Source of the DNA: Lobosporangium transversale
Lineage: Eukaryota
Assembly: GCF_002105155.1 (NCBI RefSeq)
Contig: NW_019028995.1
Coordinates: 372,001 to 436,000, forward strand
Direction of reading: 5' to 3'
Length of the DNA: 64,000 bases
This document shows positions 61,663-64,000 of this stretch, in pieces (the stretch's first letter is position 1; the number at the start of each line of letters is the position of its first letter). Under the pieces are notes generated by a model that did no database searches, was not told where the DNA came from, and saw only the letters and a program-made list of their open reading frames with translations. The position numbers were made by a program, and so were the translations under genes.

Positions 61663-62042
61663 TTATGTTCGCATTTCCTGTTCAACATTGGGGGTTCCCT
61701 GCACTGCCTCCATGTTGATCACAAGAAGCTTTCGTACCGTCAGATCATAAATGATTTCCTCAACCTTCTTGATATCATACTAAATAGAATTGTAGTAAAG
61801 CATTAGATATATTTATAGATGTTAAAATAAAATAAGAAAATCTCTCAATTAAAGTCGTGATACAAACCTTGATACCATCAAATCGCTTACGAAGCGAGTC
61901 GTTTTTCAAGTTCAGCAACTGGAATCCGCTGTAAAGCTCCTTTAGAAATTTCCCGATACGTATTGGACGAGTAAAATCACCGGCTGTTACAGCGTTCACC
62001 GCTAAACGAGACTACAGCCAGAAACTGTATACGATTAGCCAA

Positions 62043-62076
<34 letters not shown>

Positions 62077-62872
62077 GATCATATGTTTATTACAGTTGAA
62101 TCTCATAAACATACAAGCTCATTTGTAAGCGAGACAATACCATGGAGGAATTCTTCGATCGAAATTTCAAATCTGGAAATGTCGTTATTGAGATCAACTT
62201 TGACTGTCAAGGCGCGATCATGATAAGCACATAGGGGTAATTAATAAATGCTTATTGTACTATGATGAAAATATGAGAGAAGGATAGTAATTGGTTGCGC
62301 CTGATAACACTCTCATCTTGTTAGGACTTACCACCAAAAAATCCTTCAAGCTCTTCAACCGTGATCAGGCGCTCATGCTCCAGGTACATCGTCAATGTGG
62401 CAAGGAAGCAAGCTTGTTGCATTGGTCCTGACCACAAGCTGTTGTATTTGTAATATTGGTTGACAGGAACTATCTTGGCGACTTCCTGAATATGAGTCTG
62501 GATGTCTCCAAAATGAATACGGGCTTGCGCACATAGAGCTGGAACTATGGAAAAAAATGAATCAAGCTGTTGTTACTAAACGGGGCAGACTTATGCATAG
62601 ACTTCTCCTAAAGTAATATCTGGCTGCTACCTTGCTCTCTGGGACTAGAGTGAACCCTGTTCAGAACAGCTGTAATGTTCCTGTTAGTCCTGTCTAGTTC
62701 GCGAACTGCTGTACGGATGTTATCCTTAGTAGCCTATATTTTATGCGCGTTCGTATGAGACGAATGTAATTTCTTTTCACATTTTGTCATAAACGGATCG
62801 TGTTCTTACAGCTTCTGCCTCCATGGAGGTCTGGATTGCATCGAAAAATCTAAGATCCACCACGTCCGACAT
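61663..62872 (-). CDS. TSN: Translin, multi-exon
   Basis: NAVTAGDFTRP, GFQLLNLKNDSLRKRFDGIK, YDIKKVEEIIYDL, QYYKYNSLW; start MSDVVDLRFF at 62872. Confidence 0.92.
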
Positions 62873-63179
62873 TCTTCGTTTCTGAGAGAAAAGAAGAAGA
62901 GACCTGTCGAAATCGGACAACATTAAACATTCAGTGACTGTTCAAATTAGACTATGTGCAATTCTTTTCAATGGAAGAAGCCATTCATTCGTAGGGCAGC
63001 TCATACATCTCATTCTTGTTCTCATGTTTAGCGGATACAGCGCTTGGTTTTCACCTGAGCTTGCTTCATACAGAAGTACTTGGAGTAAAGGCACAGCAAG
63101 ATAAAGAACTATTGTAGTTTCTAAAGTTACTTAAGTTATTGCTGCGTCTGGACTGATAGGTATTCGAATTTCGATTTCT

Positions 63180-64000
63180 TACAGAAAATAATGGTGGCGA
63201 AGAAAAGGAGCTGGCAGAAGCCGATATTGCTTTCATGAATGATCGGTCGCTCTCCAACTCAGATAGGTATGTGCTGTAATAGTTCATATATATCATAAAC
63301 GTTCATACTCCTGCTCATACCATTAAACCACATTCTGATATGTTTTTCTGGGTTACTCTTCAGAGTCAAGCCAACAATGAAAATCCTTCGGCCAGACTGG
63401 ATAGAAGGTATATAGTAGAAATAAGACGACTTCATTAGCAGCGGAGGGGACCTTTAACCTAACCATCAGATGTCCCCGCGCCACTATACTTCATAGATTC
63501 TGTTAAAGGCAGGAGACGCTTATCTCTAACGCGTTATAAACAAACTTTTCCTGCACTTGAACGTTGGGGTATGTGAAGTGTGTTCACTACGTGGTAGCGC
63601 GCCTATGCTTTACTTACTACATAGCAAACATTTGGCTCAGCACTTTTGCTTTGTAGACTCAGCAACTTTTAGTAGAAATTTGGCTGTAGGAATTGATGCC
63701 TTCAAAAGCTCCAAGGTACTATCGCTGACATCACCTTCCAAGCATCTCCATCAGCCAGAGGAAGGGATTGCAGACTTGCCAATTACCTCGTTGGAGCATT
63801 CATTTAGGCCATCCACACTCAAGGATACGCAGCTCTCTATGCCTGAATCGAGAGAGAGTCAGGAAATGGAGCAGACACAGACACTCAGTTTACTATCGAA
63901 GCAAAGTCAAATGGAGCGTGAAAATGCTTCTCCGCTTAGTGATTATGATAGATTTGGGCCCTCGGAGGGAGGTCACTTGGATAGATGGCAGACACGATCA
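63180..64000 (+). CDS. Possible 5' part of an unknown spliced gene running off the window
   Basis: Short open stretches separated by GT-AG-like introns (near 63268-63363 and 63408-63656); no recognisable domain. Confidence 0.25.

Overview
Eukaryotic, intron-containing fungal DNA; gene content and intron style suggest an early-diverging fungus such as Mortierellaceae/Mucoromycota (inference). Host genes: bZIP (AP-1/DUF3425-type) factor, bHLH factor, PDK/BCKDK-family kinase, a disrupted multi-exon gene of unknown function, NOP9, SAM-domain kinesin-13, PIG-P/GPI19, translin and two tRNA genes. Two systems stand out. (1) A compact, intronless three-gene copper-acquisition cluster at 20.7-26.2 kb: a Ctr transporter with a Cys/Met-rich ectodomain, a divergently transcribed secreted/GPI-type protein made of that same ectodomain alone, and a bacterial-type YcnI/DUF1775 His-brace protein. 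Their promoters share a densely repeated (T)TTGACA motif. (2) A family of RNase H-bearing LINEs and a partner SINE that share a tRNA-like Pol III head and a 3' hairpin tail. They sit head-to-head about 100-340 bp upstream of both tRNA genes and nest inside one another with readable target-site duplications. Also present: a MULE-type MITE in a tRNA terminator, a Tc1/mariner-type MITE, a perfect 34-bp minisatellite and a decayed Ty3/gypsy element. All calls were made by eye; no database searches were run.
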